Assembly (NCBI GenBank): GCA_014905635.1
Contig: CM026548.1
Coordinates: 1 to 64,000, forward strand
Direction: 5' to 3'
Length of the DNA stretch: 64,000 nt
From: Scenedesmus sp. PABB004
Taxonomy: Eukaryota
Below the pieces are notes generated by a model. The model was not told the DNA's origin. It did not search any database and was given only the letters and a program-made list of their open reading frames with translations. Made by a program: the position numbers and the translations under genes. Positions 21,345 through 33,110 of the stretch are shown one piece after another (within the stretch, counting starts at the first letter, position 1; the number at the start of each line of letters is the position of its first letter).

Positions 21345-24300
21345 TCACCGATACTTGCGCCTGCTGCTCGCCTCGTCCTGCTCGCTGTCGGTCTCGCCGG
21401 CGTGGCGCTTGCGCCCCGCCGCGCGCGCCGCCAGCGCCTTGCCTGCTGCCGCCGGGCACGGCCGCGCCGGCCGCCGCGGGCAGGGAGCCGTCCGGCTCGC
21501 CCGCGGCGTCGCTGCCGCCGCCGCCGCCGCCGCTGGCGAGCGCCGCCTTGGGCGGCGTGTCGGGACGGAGGTGGCGCTGCCGCGGTGGCACCGCGCGCGC
21601 GTGGTGCGCGTCGTCGTCGGGCGGCGGGTCGACCGCCTCGCTCACGCGGTCGGCCCGCTCCACCGCGGGCGACTCCTTGGCGCTCTCCTCGCTCGCCGCG
21701 CTGCTCGCGAGCGAGGGCGTGCGGTCGTCGAGCCAGTCGCTGGGCAGGCCGGGGTGGAGGTAGGTGTTGAAGTGCTGGTACGCGCGCGCCGCCGCGACCA
21801 TGGCCGCGCTGTTGGGCGGCTGCGCGAGCAGCGCCGCAGCGGTGAGGTACTGCCAGTAGAGGTGGGGGCTGATGCCCGCGTGGAAGCACGCCGCCGTCTG
21901 CGCGCCCAGCTCCGCCCACGCGCTGTGCGGCATGATGCTCGCAAGGACGCCGCCCGGCAGCACCTCGCCGCCGCCGCCGAGCGCAAGCGGCGCCGCGCTC
22001 AGGCTGCTCGTCGGCCAGAAGTGCCCCGCGCCGCCGCCCAGCGGCGTCGCCGGGAGGCCGCTGCTCATGGGCGGCAGCAGCCCCGCCAGCAGGCTGCCGC
22101 CGCTGCTGCCGCCGCCCGCGCCGCCGCCCGGCAGCGAGCAGCCCGCCGCGTCGCCGCCGAGCGGCGACGGCAGCAGCGCGTCGCCGCCGAGCGGCGACGG
22201 CAGCAGCGCGTCGCCGCCGAGCGGCGACGGCAGCAGCGCGCCGCCGCCGGGCGCGCGCGCACCCAGGCTGCTGGGCGGCGGCAGCTGCAACGCCAGCGCC
22301 GCCGCGCCCGCGCCGGCGCGCGCCAGCGGCGCGCTGAACGGCCGCTGGAACGTGGCGCTGGGCATCCACGTGCTGCTGCCGACCGCGCCGCTCGTGAAGC
22401 CGCCCGGCGCCGTGGGGTTGCTGCCGCCGCTGCCGTCGCCCGCCGCCGCGGCGCCGGCCGCCGCGGCGCCCGCCGCGGCGCCCTCGGCCGCCGTGCGCAG
22501 CGGCAGGCTGCTGGGCACCCAGCTGTTGAGGGCCGCGGTGTCCAGGATCGGCGCCGCGCAGCCCGCCATGGCCGCCGCGTGCTGCACCTGCGCCAGCGTC
22601 TGGTAGTGCTGCACCGCCGACGCCGCGTTCTGCTGCAGCCACAGCAGGTTGGCGCCCAGGCTCTGCACCCGGCCGCCGCCGCCGGCTGCGGCGGCCGCCG
22701 GCAGCGGTGGCGGCGCCAGCGGCGCCCCCGCGCCTGCTTGGCTGCTGGCGCCCGGGGGCGGCGCCCCGTCGCCGGGCGGCGCGGGCGCGGCGCCGCCGCT
22801 GCCTCCTGCAGCGCCGGCCGCGGCGGGGTGCTGCAGCAGCTGCAGCTTGTGCTGCATCAGCGAGTGGCACTGCTGCAGGAACTGCTGCTGCTGCTGCTGC
22901 TGCGCCGCCGACGGCGGCGCGTGCGCCTCCGCCCCGGGCCCGTGCGGCTGGCTGGCCGACGCGGGCGGGCCGCCCATGCCCAGCGTGTTCTCCGCGCAGT
23001 GGCTGCTGTAGACGCCGCCGCCACCGGCTGCGCCCCAGCCGTGGTGCCCGTACACCGCGTGCGGCAGCGACACGGGCGCCGCGCCGCTGTAGTTGGCCGC
23101 CGCCCAGCTGCCGCCGGCGCCGCTGGCGAGGCCGACGAGGCCCACCGTGTTGCTGCCGCGCAGGCCCCAGCTCGCGCCGCCGGAGGCGTTGAGCACACCC
23201 GTGCCGCCGGTGCCACCGGTGCCGCCGGTGCCGTGCGTGGCGCCGGTGTGGCCCGTGCCGCCGCTGCCGCGGCCGGTGCCGCCACTGCCCTGCGCGGTGC
23301 CGCCCGTGTGGCCGCCGCTGCCCTGCGCGTTGCCCGAGCCGCCGCCGGTGCCGCCCGTGGCGCCGCCGGTGCCGCCGCTGCCGTTGCCGGCGGTGCCGCC
23401 GCCCGCGCTGCCGTCCGCGGCGCCGCCAGCGGCGTCGGTGTGGCCTGCGCCGCCGGCGCCCGAGCCGGCGAGACCGCCCATCCCGGGTAGCAGCAGCACG
23501 TTCTCGCCCTGCGCGCCGCCGCTGTCCATCACGGGCACGCCCGCCGCGGCCGCGGCGACCGCCGCGGCCATGGCCGCGGGCTGCGCGGCCGCCATCGCGC
23601 CCGCCTGCTGCGGGTGCGCCCCGGCGTGCTGCAGCTGCGCGAGGTGGTGCTGCGCCGCCACGGCGGCCGCCTGCTGCTGCAGCTGCGGCTGCAGCACCTG
23701 CGCGGCCTGCCACTGGTGGAGGCCCTGCGGGCTGGACGCGCCGTGCACGCCCGCGACGCCCTGCCACTGGTTGAGGCCCTGCAGGCCCATGACCGCCACG
23801 GCGGCGGGCAGGTGCTGCAGGAGCGCCGCCTGCTGGGTCAGCCCCGCGTGCCACTGGTACGCCTGCTGCGCCAGCAGCAGCTGCTGCTGCTGCCACCACG
23901 CCGCGTGCTGCTGGTGGTGCGCGTGCTGCAGCTGCGCGGCGCTGGACGTCGGCGAGCGCCGGCCCGACGACGCGGGCACGCCCGCGTCCTGCGTCGCGGT
24001 GGGCGCGAGCAGGCGGCCCTGCTGCTCCGCCAGGTGCTGCAGCGCCGCCTGCGCCTGCTGGAGGTTGGCCGCCAGAAGCGGCGCCGAAGGCGGCGGCAGG
24101 CCGCTCGCCGCCACGTCGCCCGGCTCGGCCCCCGCGTCACGCGCTGCGCCAGCGAGCGCCGCCTGCTGCTCCCCAGCGAGCAGCTGCGTGTCGGCGCACC
24201 CGGTCTGGGGCGCGGACGCGCCCTGGCCGGCGACAGCCGGCGCGCCAGAGGCTTCGCCCGAGCCGCCGTCTGCCGCGGCGGGGAACATGGCCTGCAGCAG

Positions 24301-27300
24301 CTGCTGCTGTGCCACTGCCGCCGCGGCCGCGGCCGCCGCTCCCGGCGGCAGCTGCGCGGGCTCGCTCTGGCTGCCGTTGGGGCCTGATCCGGCGCCGCCC
24401 GAGCCGGCGCCGCCGGAGCCGGCGCCGCCGGAGCCGGCGCCGCCGGAGCCGGCGCCGCCGGAGCCGGCGCCGCCCGAGCCCGCGCCGCCTGAGCCCGCGC
24501 CGCCCGAGCCGCTGCCCATGGCGTTGCTGCCCAGCAGCGCGTTGCTGGCCATGTTGCTGCCGCGCAGGCCGTTGCTGCCGCTGCCGCCGGAGCCGTTGCC
24601 GCCGGAGCCGTTGCCGCCCGAGCCGTTGCCGCCGGAGCCGCTGCCGCCGTTGGAGCCCCGCACGTAGCCGCGCAGGTGCGTGCCCGTGCTCTGCGCCGTC
24701 GCGGAGCCTCCGGTCGCGGCCGCGGCGTGCGCGGCGGCGTTGGCGGCCGCCGCGACTGCGGCGGCTGCGATGGCCACGGCCGCGTTGTTCGCGTCGGCGA
24801 TCGCCGCCGCAGCGGCCGCCGCGGCCGCCTGCTGCGCGGGGCTGCCGCGCGCCGCGCCGGGCAGCCTCGGCGGCGGCGGCAGGAGCGCCGCCGGCCGCTC
24901 CACCGCGGCCGAAGTGGCCACCGCGGCCGCGGGGTCTGCGGCGCCCGTCTGGCCGCTGCCGCTGCCGTTGCCGCTGCCGTTGCCGCTGCCCTGCTGCTGC
25001 GGCGCGCGCGGCTGGCTGGCCTGGTTGCCGCCGCCCGAGCTTTGCTCCGCGGTGCTGGTGCTGCGGCCGCTGTTGCCCAGCGCCTGCGGGTTGCCTGCGC
25101 CCTCGCCGCTGCCGCTCCCGCTGCCGTCGCCGGGTGCGGCCTTGGCGCCGCCCGGCGCCGCGGGCTTGGGCGCCAGCATCTCCTCCAGGCTGGCGGGCGC
25201 CGCGGACGCGCGGGGCAGCAGCACCGCGGGCTGCTGCGCGCCGAGCCAGGCGGCAGCCACGGGCGCCGCCAGCTCCGCCAGCGCGCCCAGCGGGCGCAGC
25301 GGCGCGGGCGTGGGGCCGGCCGCCACCGCTGCCAGCTGCGCGACCGCCGCGGCCAGCGCCGCGCCGTCAGGCTCGGCGGCGCACGCCTCGGCCGACGCGT
25401 CGAGCATGGGCGTGTCGCCGTCGGGCGCGCGCTCCCCGGGCGCCGCGTCGGGCATGTCGGCGTCGCCGCCCTCGTTGGCGCCCGCTGCGAGCTGGCGCTC
25501 CGCGTGGTGCTGCAGCGCCCGGCTCACCTCGCGCAGCGTCTGCTCCGTCTCTGCCGTCGCAGCCTCGCCGCCCGGCGGCGCGAGGTCGGTGGTGACGCCG
25601 CTGGGCGTGAGCGTCGCGGCGTCGTGCTGCAGCTGCTGCAGCCGCGCCGCCGCGCTGGTCATGCTCGCCTCGGCGGGCGTGACCGGCTCGGGCGCGCGCG
25701 GCGGCGCGCCGTGCCCCAGCACCGGCGCCACGGGCAGCAGCGGGCCCGCGCCCACCGGGTGCACCGGCGGCACAGGGTGCAGCGGCGCGACCGGCAGCAG
25801 CGGCGCGACGGGCAGGTGCGCCGCCGCGGCCGCCGCGCTGGGCGTGAGCGGCAGGCCGTGACCGCGCCACGCCTGGCCCGGCATCCAGCCGCCGACGCCG
25901 TCGTGCGGCACCAGGTGCCCCAGCGCCGGCGGCGCCAGCGTCACGCCCGGCCCCGCCGCCTGCGAGCTGCACGGCGGCAGGCCCGGCGGCAGGCCCGGCG
26001 GCAGCGCCTGCGGCGCCGACGCGGCGGCGGCCGCCGCAGCCGCCGCCGCAGCGGCCGCCAGGCCCGCGTCGGGGCGGACGTCGCCGCTGGGCAGGCTGGC
26101 CACGACCAGGGGGCCGGCGCTGCCCGCTGTCGCGAGCGCCTGCTGAAGGCTGAGGGGCGGCCAGTGGGGGGCGAGCCCGGGGCAGGGCGACACCCGCACC
26201 GGCGCGCCGCTGGCGCCCAGCTGCGCGCTGCCGTCGCTGGTGTGGGCGCTGCCGGCGCGCGGCGCCGCCTCCGCGGGCGGCGAGCCGTCGCCGGCCGCGG
26301 GCTCCAGCGCCGCCAGGCAGAGGCGCTGCTGCCACAGCTGCTGCTCCTGGAACCGGCGCGACAGCTCGCCCTGCGAGGGCCCGCCGGCGCTGCCGCTGCC
26401 GGGCGACGCGCCGCTGCCGGGCGCCGCCTGCGCGGGCGCGCCGTCGCTGCGCTGCACCGTGGCGCCGCCCGGCACCTGTGCGGCCGGCGCCGGCGTGCGC
26501 TCTGGCTCCGGCTCGTCGGTGAGAAGCCCCGAAAGCGGGGGTGCGTCGTCCGCAAAGCCCTGCACCTCGGCCGCCGCGGGGCCGCTGCTGACGCCCGCCA
26601 GCGCGGCGCCGCGGCGGGGCCCGAGCGCGGCGGCACGCGGCTGCGCTGCCGCGCCCTGGCCGTTCTCCCGCTGCTCGCTGGTGGCCGCCGCGGCCGCCGC
26701 GAGGCCGCGCTGCTGGAGCTGGATGAGGTGCTGCAGCGCGGCCGCCGCGCCGGGCGGCGTCTGCTGCCCCGCGCTCGCCGGCAGCGGCCCGGCGCGCAGG
26801 CACGCGGGCGGCGCCACGCCGGCGGGCTCCGCCGCCGACGCGGCCGGCGCTGGCTGCGCCGCGTCGCTGAGCTCCGCGCTGACGCCCTTGGTCGCGCCGC
26901 CCAGCGACGCACTGCCCAGCACGCGCAGGCTGCCCTGCCGGCTGCTGATGTCCTCGTCCTTGGCCGCGAGCCCGTGGTGCCGCCGCCCGTGCGCGGTGCG
27001 GTGGCCGTGACGCCGCGCGCCCGGGGCGCCGCCGGCGGCGGCGGCGGCCGCCGCCGCCGCCGCCGTGACGGCGGCGCCCTCGTGCGCGCCCGCGGCCGCG
27101 ACCATCGCCGCCGCGGCCATGGCCGGCGTCCAGCCCATGGCGGGGTCCTGGCCCATGGCCGCGCGCGTCGCGTTGGCCGCCGCGGCCGCCGCGGCCGCCG
27201 CGGCTGCCTGGATGGTGCTGCCGGGCAGCCCCATCACGGGCCGCGAGGCCGGCCACGAGCAGGGCAGGCCCGGCAGCACCAGGCCCGGCGGCGCCGTGCC

Positions 27301-27780
27301 CAGCGGCAGGCCGCCGCCGTGCGCCGCAGACGTGGCGAGCAGCGGGAAGCAGCCGTGCGGCAGCTGGTGCGCGCCCGGCAGCAGCAGCCCGCCCGCGCTC
27401 GCCGCCGCGGCGGCGACGGCGGCCGCCGACGCCGCCGGGTCGGCGCCGTCGGGCGCCGGCGGCGGCTCCGGGACGGCCCCGGCCGGCTGCTGCTGCTGCG
27501 CCGGCTGCGGCGCCGGCGGCGGCGCGGGCTCCCCGCTCGTCGGGGCGCCGCGCCGCTGGCGCTTGCCGGCGGCCGCGCCGCTGTCCTCGCGCTCCGCCGG
27601 GGCACCGCCGGCCGTCGCGCGCCCGTCCGCCTCCTCCGCGGCCGGCCGCTTGCCGCCGGCGCCGGCCGGCCCCTCGCTCACATCGTGCGCCTGCTGCTGC
27701 GCGGCGTCGGCGCGCGGGCTGCTCAGCGCGCCCGCGGCCGCTGGGGCCGCGTCGTCGGGGGGTGGGGTGTTAGCCTCCAT
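21345..27780 (-). CDS. Very large (>2100 aa) Ala/Gly/Gln/Pro-rich low-complexity protein of unknown function
   Basis: Continuous open frame from MEANTPPP (27780) with mostly GC-ending codons, GSG/GNG/GTG repeats and poly-Q tracts. The most natural C-terminus (..GRKRHAGETDSEQDEASSRRKYR*, stop 21345) needs a 1-nt shift near 21455; otherwise the frame ends at 21163. Confidence 0.65.
22147..22240. repeat. Coding tandem repeat, 30 bp x3 (ALLPSPLGGD)
   Basis: cgcgtcgccgccgagcggcgacggcagcag x3, identical copies. Confidence 0.9.
24389..24510. repeat. Coding tandem repeat, 15 bp x8 (GGAGS)
   Basis: gagccggcgccgcc(g/c)-type units. A related GGNGS repeat follows at about 24580-24640. Confidence 0.9.
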
Positions 27781-28535
27781 CCCGCACTGCCATTGCTCGA
27801 GGCACCCGGGCAGCGCCTGCGCGGCGGGCGGGGCGGCGAGCGCGGGGGGCGGAGGTGAGGCGGCGGGCGGCGGCAGCGCCTGCGGCGCGCAACTTGCCGG
27901 GCGGCGGGCGGCACGCCACATAGAGCCACAGCGGCGCAACAGCGCCTCTCCCGGCCCGGCGCTGCGCTGCCCGCGGCCGGCGCTGCATCCCGCCAGCTGC
28001 GGCTGCGGGCGCGCCGTGCACGCGCCGGCGCGCGCGCCCCTCATCACGCACGCGGTCCGTCACAGCCCTGGCAGGGCCGCCAGGGCGTGCGGGGGCTGCC
28101 CCGCGAGGCGCGTGCCCTCCGGCCGCCTTCCGGCCGGCGCACGCCCCGCCCGCGCCCCACCGCCCGCCAGAGTCGCCCGGCATGGCCCCGAGCGGCGCTG
28201 GGCGGGCGCTGCGGGGCCCGCGCGCCCGCAGCAGCAGCCCCGGCGCCCAGGATACTTTGCGGATTGTTTCGCCCCCGGCTCACCGAGCGCCTGGCGGTGG
28301 TCGGGGGACCTCCTGATGCCTGACGGCGTTCTCCGGGCTGCCGGCAGGCCGGGCGCGCGCACTGTGCGGGGCTGCCGGGGCGGAGCTGGGTGGCCCTGCA
28401 GCGCGCGGTGGGGCGTGGTGTGCTTGCTGGGTGGTCGTGGGTTGCTTGGCAGGTTGCCTGGCGTGCGCGGGTGCGCAACGGCGCATGGGAGGCGCGGGGC
28501 GGCGCGCCCAACACCTGTCACGCGCCCAGATATGC

Positions 28536-28544
28536 AAAATATCT
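28536..28544 (+). promoter_or_regulatory. Perfect evening element AAAATATCT with an inverted AGATAT half-site at 28528
   Basis: Sequence AGATATGCAAAATATCT, about 755 bp upstream of the large low-complexity gene's ATG. Confidence 0.45.
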
Positions 28545-29515
28545 CCGGCCGGGTGTGGCCCTGCAGCCGCGGGGCCCCTGGTGCGGTGCGGGCGTCACGG
28601 CGATGGTCCACAGCGCGCTGCGGCCCGCGAATGGCCGCAGGCTCGCCAAGAGCACGGCGCGCTCGCCCCCTGCACTTTTCGCCAGCGGCCGCTGCGCCCG
28701 GGCACGAGCGGGCGCCCACGCGCACGGGCCAAGCCACGCGACGATTGTGCGGGGGGCTCCGAGAGTTGTGGGCGCCGCTGACCACGATGCCGGCGTACAA
28801 ATCAGCGCGAGCTGGGTGCCGAAACGCCAGGGCGCGCAGCAAGGGTGCCCAAAGTGCTCCCCAGACCAATCTGGAGCGGGCGGCGGGGCCCGGCGGCGCC
28901 GCCGCGCGCCGGCCGAACGCACCGCCACCGCCCGACCGCCGCGGCGCACGGGCCACTGCACAGTGGCAGCAGGGCGCGGCTCTCACGCTGCCCGGGGCCG
29001 GCACGGCTGCCTGGGCGCGCGCGGCTGCTCGATGGCGCGCGGGCCGCCGAGCGGCGGCCGTCGCGCCGCGCGCGGGTGCGCGCACCGTGCCTGCGCGTGC
29101 AGCGCCCACGCGCGCAGCGCCCACACGCCAGCACCGGGCACCGGTGCTGCTGCGCAGCCGCACCGCCGCGCAGGCAGGCAGGCCGGCGGCAACGGCGGCC
29201 TCGCAGGGGCCGCGCTCGCGCCACGAGCGCCGGCGCTGCTGGCTGTGTCTCGCGCCCGCGCTGCGCCGGCAGCGCGCAGGCAGGCAGGCCGCGCGGCGGG
29301 GGCGCTCAGCGCCCGCGCCGCCAGGCGCCGCTCTGCACACACGGCCATCGGCTGGCCGGCGCCAGCCGGGCCAGCCGCCGTGGCGGCGCCGCGGCGCCCG
29401 CCCGCCCGCCCGCGTGCGCCTGCGCGCCGGCTCACGGCGCTCAGGCGGCGCCGCACTGGCGATGGGGCGCCCCGCGTGGCGAGCTGTCAGAGCGGTGTGC
29501 TCCCTCTGCGCACGC

Positions 29516-30037
29516 TCAGCCGCGCAGCTGCAGCATGGCCCGCAGCATGCCGTCCTCGAGGCCGGTGGGCGTGGCGCCCCTGTCCGCGAGCAGCGCCACC
29601 AGGCGCTTCTGCTCGGCGCGCAGTGCGGCCATCGCGGCCTCCAGGCGCGACGCCTCTGCGCGGCGCCCGCCGTGGCGGCGCGGCGGCGGACGGCTCAGCG
29701 TGGCGGCCGCTGCGGCAGCCGTGGCCTCCGGGGCGGCACAGCGAGGGGCTGCCTTCTGCACGCGGCGGCGGCAGCAGCGGCGCCAGCAGCGCCGCCGCTC
29801 ACCCCCTTCGAGGGCCGCCACGGCGCCTGGCGTGGTGCAGCGGCGGAAGGTGACGGCGCTGGTTTTCAGCCACGCCTTGGGCTCGCGATGGGCCTTGCGC
29901 AGCGCCGTGAGCGCCTCCCGGGTGGCGTTGCGGGCCCGGTCTGTGGCGACCATCTGCTCGCGGTTGATCAGGAACAGCTCGCCCAGCCGCTCCACGTCCG
30001 CGGTGGCGTCCTGCAGCTTCAGGGACAGCGACGCCAT
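29516..30037 (-). CDS. PDRG1: PDRG1-like prefoldin-family protein (p53 and DNA damage-regulated 1-like), 2 exons
   Basis: VERLGELFLINREQMVATDRARNATREALTALRK..AWLK..F..LE..ASRLEAAMAALRAEQK matches the PDRG1 coil-hairpin-coil pattern. Confidence 0.72.
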   Translation of the reverse strand: MASLSLKLQDATADVERLGELFLINREQMVATDRARNATREALTALRKAHREPKAWLKTSAVTFRRCTTPGAVAALEGGERRRCWRRCCRRRVQKAAPRCAAPEATAAAAAATLSRPPPRRHGGRRAEASRLEAAMAALRAEQKRLVALLADRGATPTGLEDGMLRAMLQLRG

Positions 30038-30206
30038 TGGCGGGCGGCGTGCGGCCGCGGCGAACAGCGGCGGCGGGCGGCGGGCGGCGGGCACGGCTGC
30101 GCGCGACGGCGGCGCTTGGTTGGGAGAGGGCGGCGCGGCTTGGCGGTGGAGCTAGGCGGCGGCTCGGCGGTGGAGTGTCGGGTTGCGCCGCGCGGCGGCA
30201 ATGTTG

Positions 30207-30326
30207 CAGGGCTTTGCGCATGCCGCGCCGCTGCGGCGTCAGTCATCAGGGCTTTGCGCATGCGCCGCCGCTGCGACGTCAGTCATCAGGGCTTTGCGCA
30301 TGCGCCGCCGCTGCGACGTCAGTCAT
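30207..30326. repeat. 40-bp tandem repeat x3 between the EGF-TM gene stop and the PDRG1 start
   Basis: cagggctttgcgcatgcgccgccgctgcgacgtcagtcat. Copies 2 and 3 are identical, copy 1 is slightly diverged. Confidence 0.95.
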
Positions 30327-31668
30327 CCATCGTCGTCGCTGGCGAACTCGAGGGCGACGTCGGCAGGGCCGCGCCACTCCTGCCGCCGCTGCAGCGCGGC
30401 ACGCGTGCCCCCCGGCTCGCTCGCGGCCAGCCGCAGCCGCGCCGGCGCCCCAGACTGGCCCCCGCGGCCGGCGGCGCCGCCAATCCAGGACCGCACCGCC
30501 GCCTCGGCATTGCCACCGCGCCAGTCGGGCGGCGCGCGGCGCGGCGGCGGCGGGCGCCCGTACCTGCGCGGCCGGCGGCCGCGCAGCTCAGCAGCCCGCG
30601 CAAGGAGCAGGCGGACCGTGCCAGAGCAGGCGGCGCGCGGCCGCCGCCGACGGGCGCAGGCTGCCGCACGGCAGCGCGCGCGGCGCTCACCTGGCGTCGC
30701 CCTCGCCGTCGCTCAGCCCTCCCGCGCCGGACGCCGCGCGCCGGGCGCCTGGCGACGAGGCGAACCGCCGTGCCGCGGCGTGCGGCGGCGCTGGCGGCCA
30801 GCGCGGCGCCTCCGGCTCAGGTAGCAGGCGCGCACGCTTCCTGTCGTGCTGCTGCGCGGCACCGCGCGCCTGGTGGCTGCGCCAGCCGCGCTCGGCCTCG
30901 ACCTCTCCCGCCCCGGCCCGCGCCTCCCACGGCGGCTCGCGCTCGGCCCGCCACGCCGGCCGGCCGGCCCGGCTGGCGCTGCACGGCCGCCGCGGCGTGC
31001 CGCGGCCGCGCCCCCGCCCCCGCCCGCGCTCGGCACTGCTGGCGTCGCTGCCGCTGGCGTCGCTGTCGGTCTCGTCGCTGCCGCTCCCGCCGCCGCTGCT
31101 GCTGCTGCCGCGCTCGCTGTTGCGCGACCGCGCCCGCGCGCGCCCGCTGCGCTGCCGCCGGCGCGCGGCGCGCTTGCGCTTGCGCTGCGCCCGGCGCGCC
31201 CGCCGGCGGCGCGCGCGCACGCAGCACCAGGCGCAGCAGGCGAGCGCGAGGAGGAGGCAGCAGGCGCCTGCACCAATCGCCAGCCGCGTGCTCCAGAAGC
31301 CGGTGCCGGGCCGGCCGGCGTCGGCCGCGGGCGCACCCGTGGCGCCGCCACCCGCGCCGCCGCCGCCGCCGGCCGGCGGGCTCGGCGAGATGCCCGGCCG
31401 GCCGTCGGGCGCGGTGCCCGTGGCGACGCACCACTGCGGCACGAGGTAGTTCTGGGAGCGGCGGCGGCACGGGGCGGCCGCGTGAGCATGCGGCGGCGTG
31501 GGCGTGCTCCACCGCGCCGCGCCGGCGCGCGTTCGCAGCGCGGCGCACCGCGAGGTCGCTCGCGTAGCCGTCGGCGCAGGTGCAGTCGCAGCCGCTTGCG
31601 TCGAGCTCGCCGTGGCCGTTGCAGTCGCGCGGCGGCGGCAGGGCGCAGGCGGTGCCGTTGCCCGCCAT
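30323..31668 (-). CDS. Single-pass membrane protein with N-terminal EGF-like Cys module and basic/Ser-rich cytoplasmic tail
   Basis: CALPPPRDCNGHGELDASGCDCTCADGY..WC, then TM LAIGAGACCLLLALACCAWCCV followed by RARRRR. The last exon reads ..LEFASDDDG* (TGA 30323-30325). Confidence 0.62.
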
Positions 31669-31888
31669 TGACCGGCCGGGATTTGGCGGCCCGACCTTGC
31701 GCACGGCGCCCTGTTCGCGGCCCAAGGCCTTGGGCCGATCGTCGCGGTGGAGCGGGCTGGGCGCACTTGGGGCGCGGCACGCGAAGCACGACGACCCGGC
31801 GGCGTTCTTACCGGCGGCGGCCGCCGCAGCGCTGCAGACTTGCCCAGCCGCCCTCCGCGCCGGCGGAGTGCCTCCAGAGCGCCGCCGG

Positions 31889-33057
31889 ATGAGCCACCGC
31901 GACGGCTCCCCGCGGGGGAGGGAGCGCTCCGGCTCCCGCGGCGGCGATGGCCCGCGCCGGGTGTCCCTGCTCATCCGAAACCTGCCGCTAGACGTCAGGT
32001 GCGGCGGGACGGCGCGCTCGGGGCCGCGGTGGCCGGGGCGGGCGCGAATCACAGCGCCTGCTCCCCGCAGCGCCCAGGCGCGGCCCCGGCGGCCTGGCGC
32101 CCGGCCCATCACGCTGTCTGCAGCGCGCCACCGCGCCCGGCGCGCCAGGGCGGTGCGCCCCGGCCTGCACGCGCGGCGCGGCGCCGACGCTGCCGCTGCC
32201 GCTGCTGTCGCCGCCCGGCGCCGCAGGCCCGAGGACGTAAAGTCCAAGTTTGAGCGCTACGGCGAGGTGCGCGACATCTACCTGCCCAAGGACTATTACA
32301 CCAAGTGAGTGAGCGCCCGGGACGGGCCGAGCAGCGCGGCCGCGAGCACGAGCCACAGAGCCCGGCGAGCGCAAGCCCGGCGAGACCAGCGAGCAAGCGC
32401 GAGCCCAGCGAGCACGCGCCGAGGCCGAGCGCGCTGTGCGGTCAGGGGGCGCGCGGCGGCGGGGGGCGCCGCGCGCACGCGCGCGCGTGCGCGCGGGGCG
32501 CGGCGGCGCCTGCGCGCCGCCCCTCCTCGCCGCACCCTCACCGCCCCGCCGCGGCGCCGCGCGCGCGCGCGCAGCCGGCCGCGGGGCTTTGGCTTCATCG
32601 AGGTGCGCCGCGCTGGCGGTCCGGCGCGCGGCGCGCGCGCCGCGCCAGCACGGCGGCGCGCGCGGCGCCGCCGCGCGCGCTGCCGCTGCCGCGCGGGGCG
32701 CTGACGCGCGGGTGCGCGGTGCGGTGCGTGTGGCGTGTGTGGCGTGCGGCGCCGCAGTTCAAGGACAGCCGCGACGCGGAGGATGCGCTGTACCACCTCG
32801 ACCGCAGCACCTTCATGGGGCGCGAGATCTCGGTGCGCGGCGCGTGCGGGGGGGGGGGGGCGCAGGGGCGGGCGCAGCCGCCGGGCGCAGCCGACGCCAC
32901 GCAGCCGGGGGCTGCGGACGCGGCCGCCGGCGGCCCGTGAGGCCCCCCCCCTCCCCTGGTGCGCGTGTGCCCCCCCCCCCCCCAATCGCCCCCCAGGTGG
33001 TGATGAGCAAGGAGAGCCGCAAGACGCCCCGCGACATGATCCAGCGCGAGCGCGGCA

Positions 33058-33110
<53 letters not shown>

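Noticed and set aside
30207..30326. Possible CRISPR-like array
   Set aside because: Repeats are directly adjacent with no spacers, there are no cas genes, and the context is eukaryotic.
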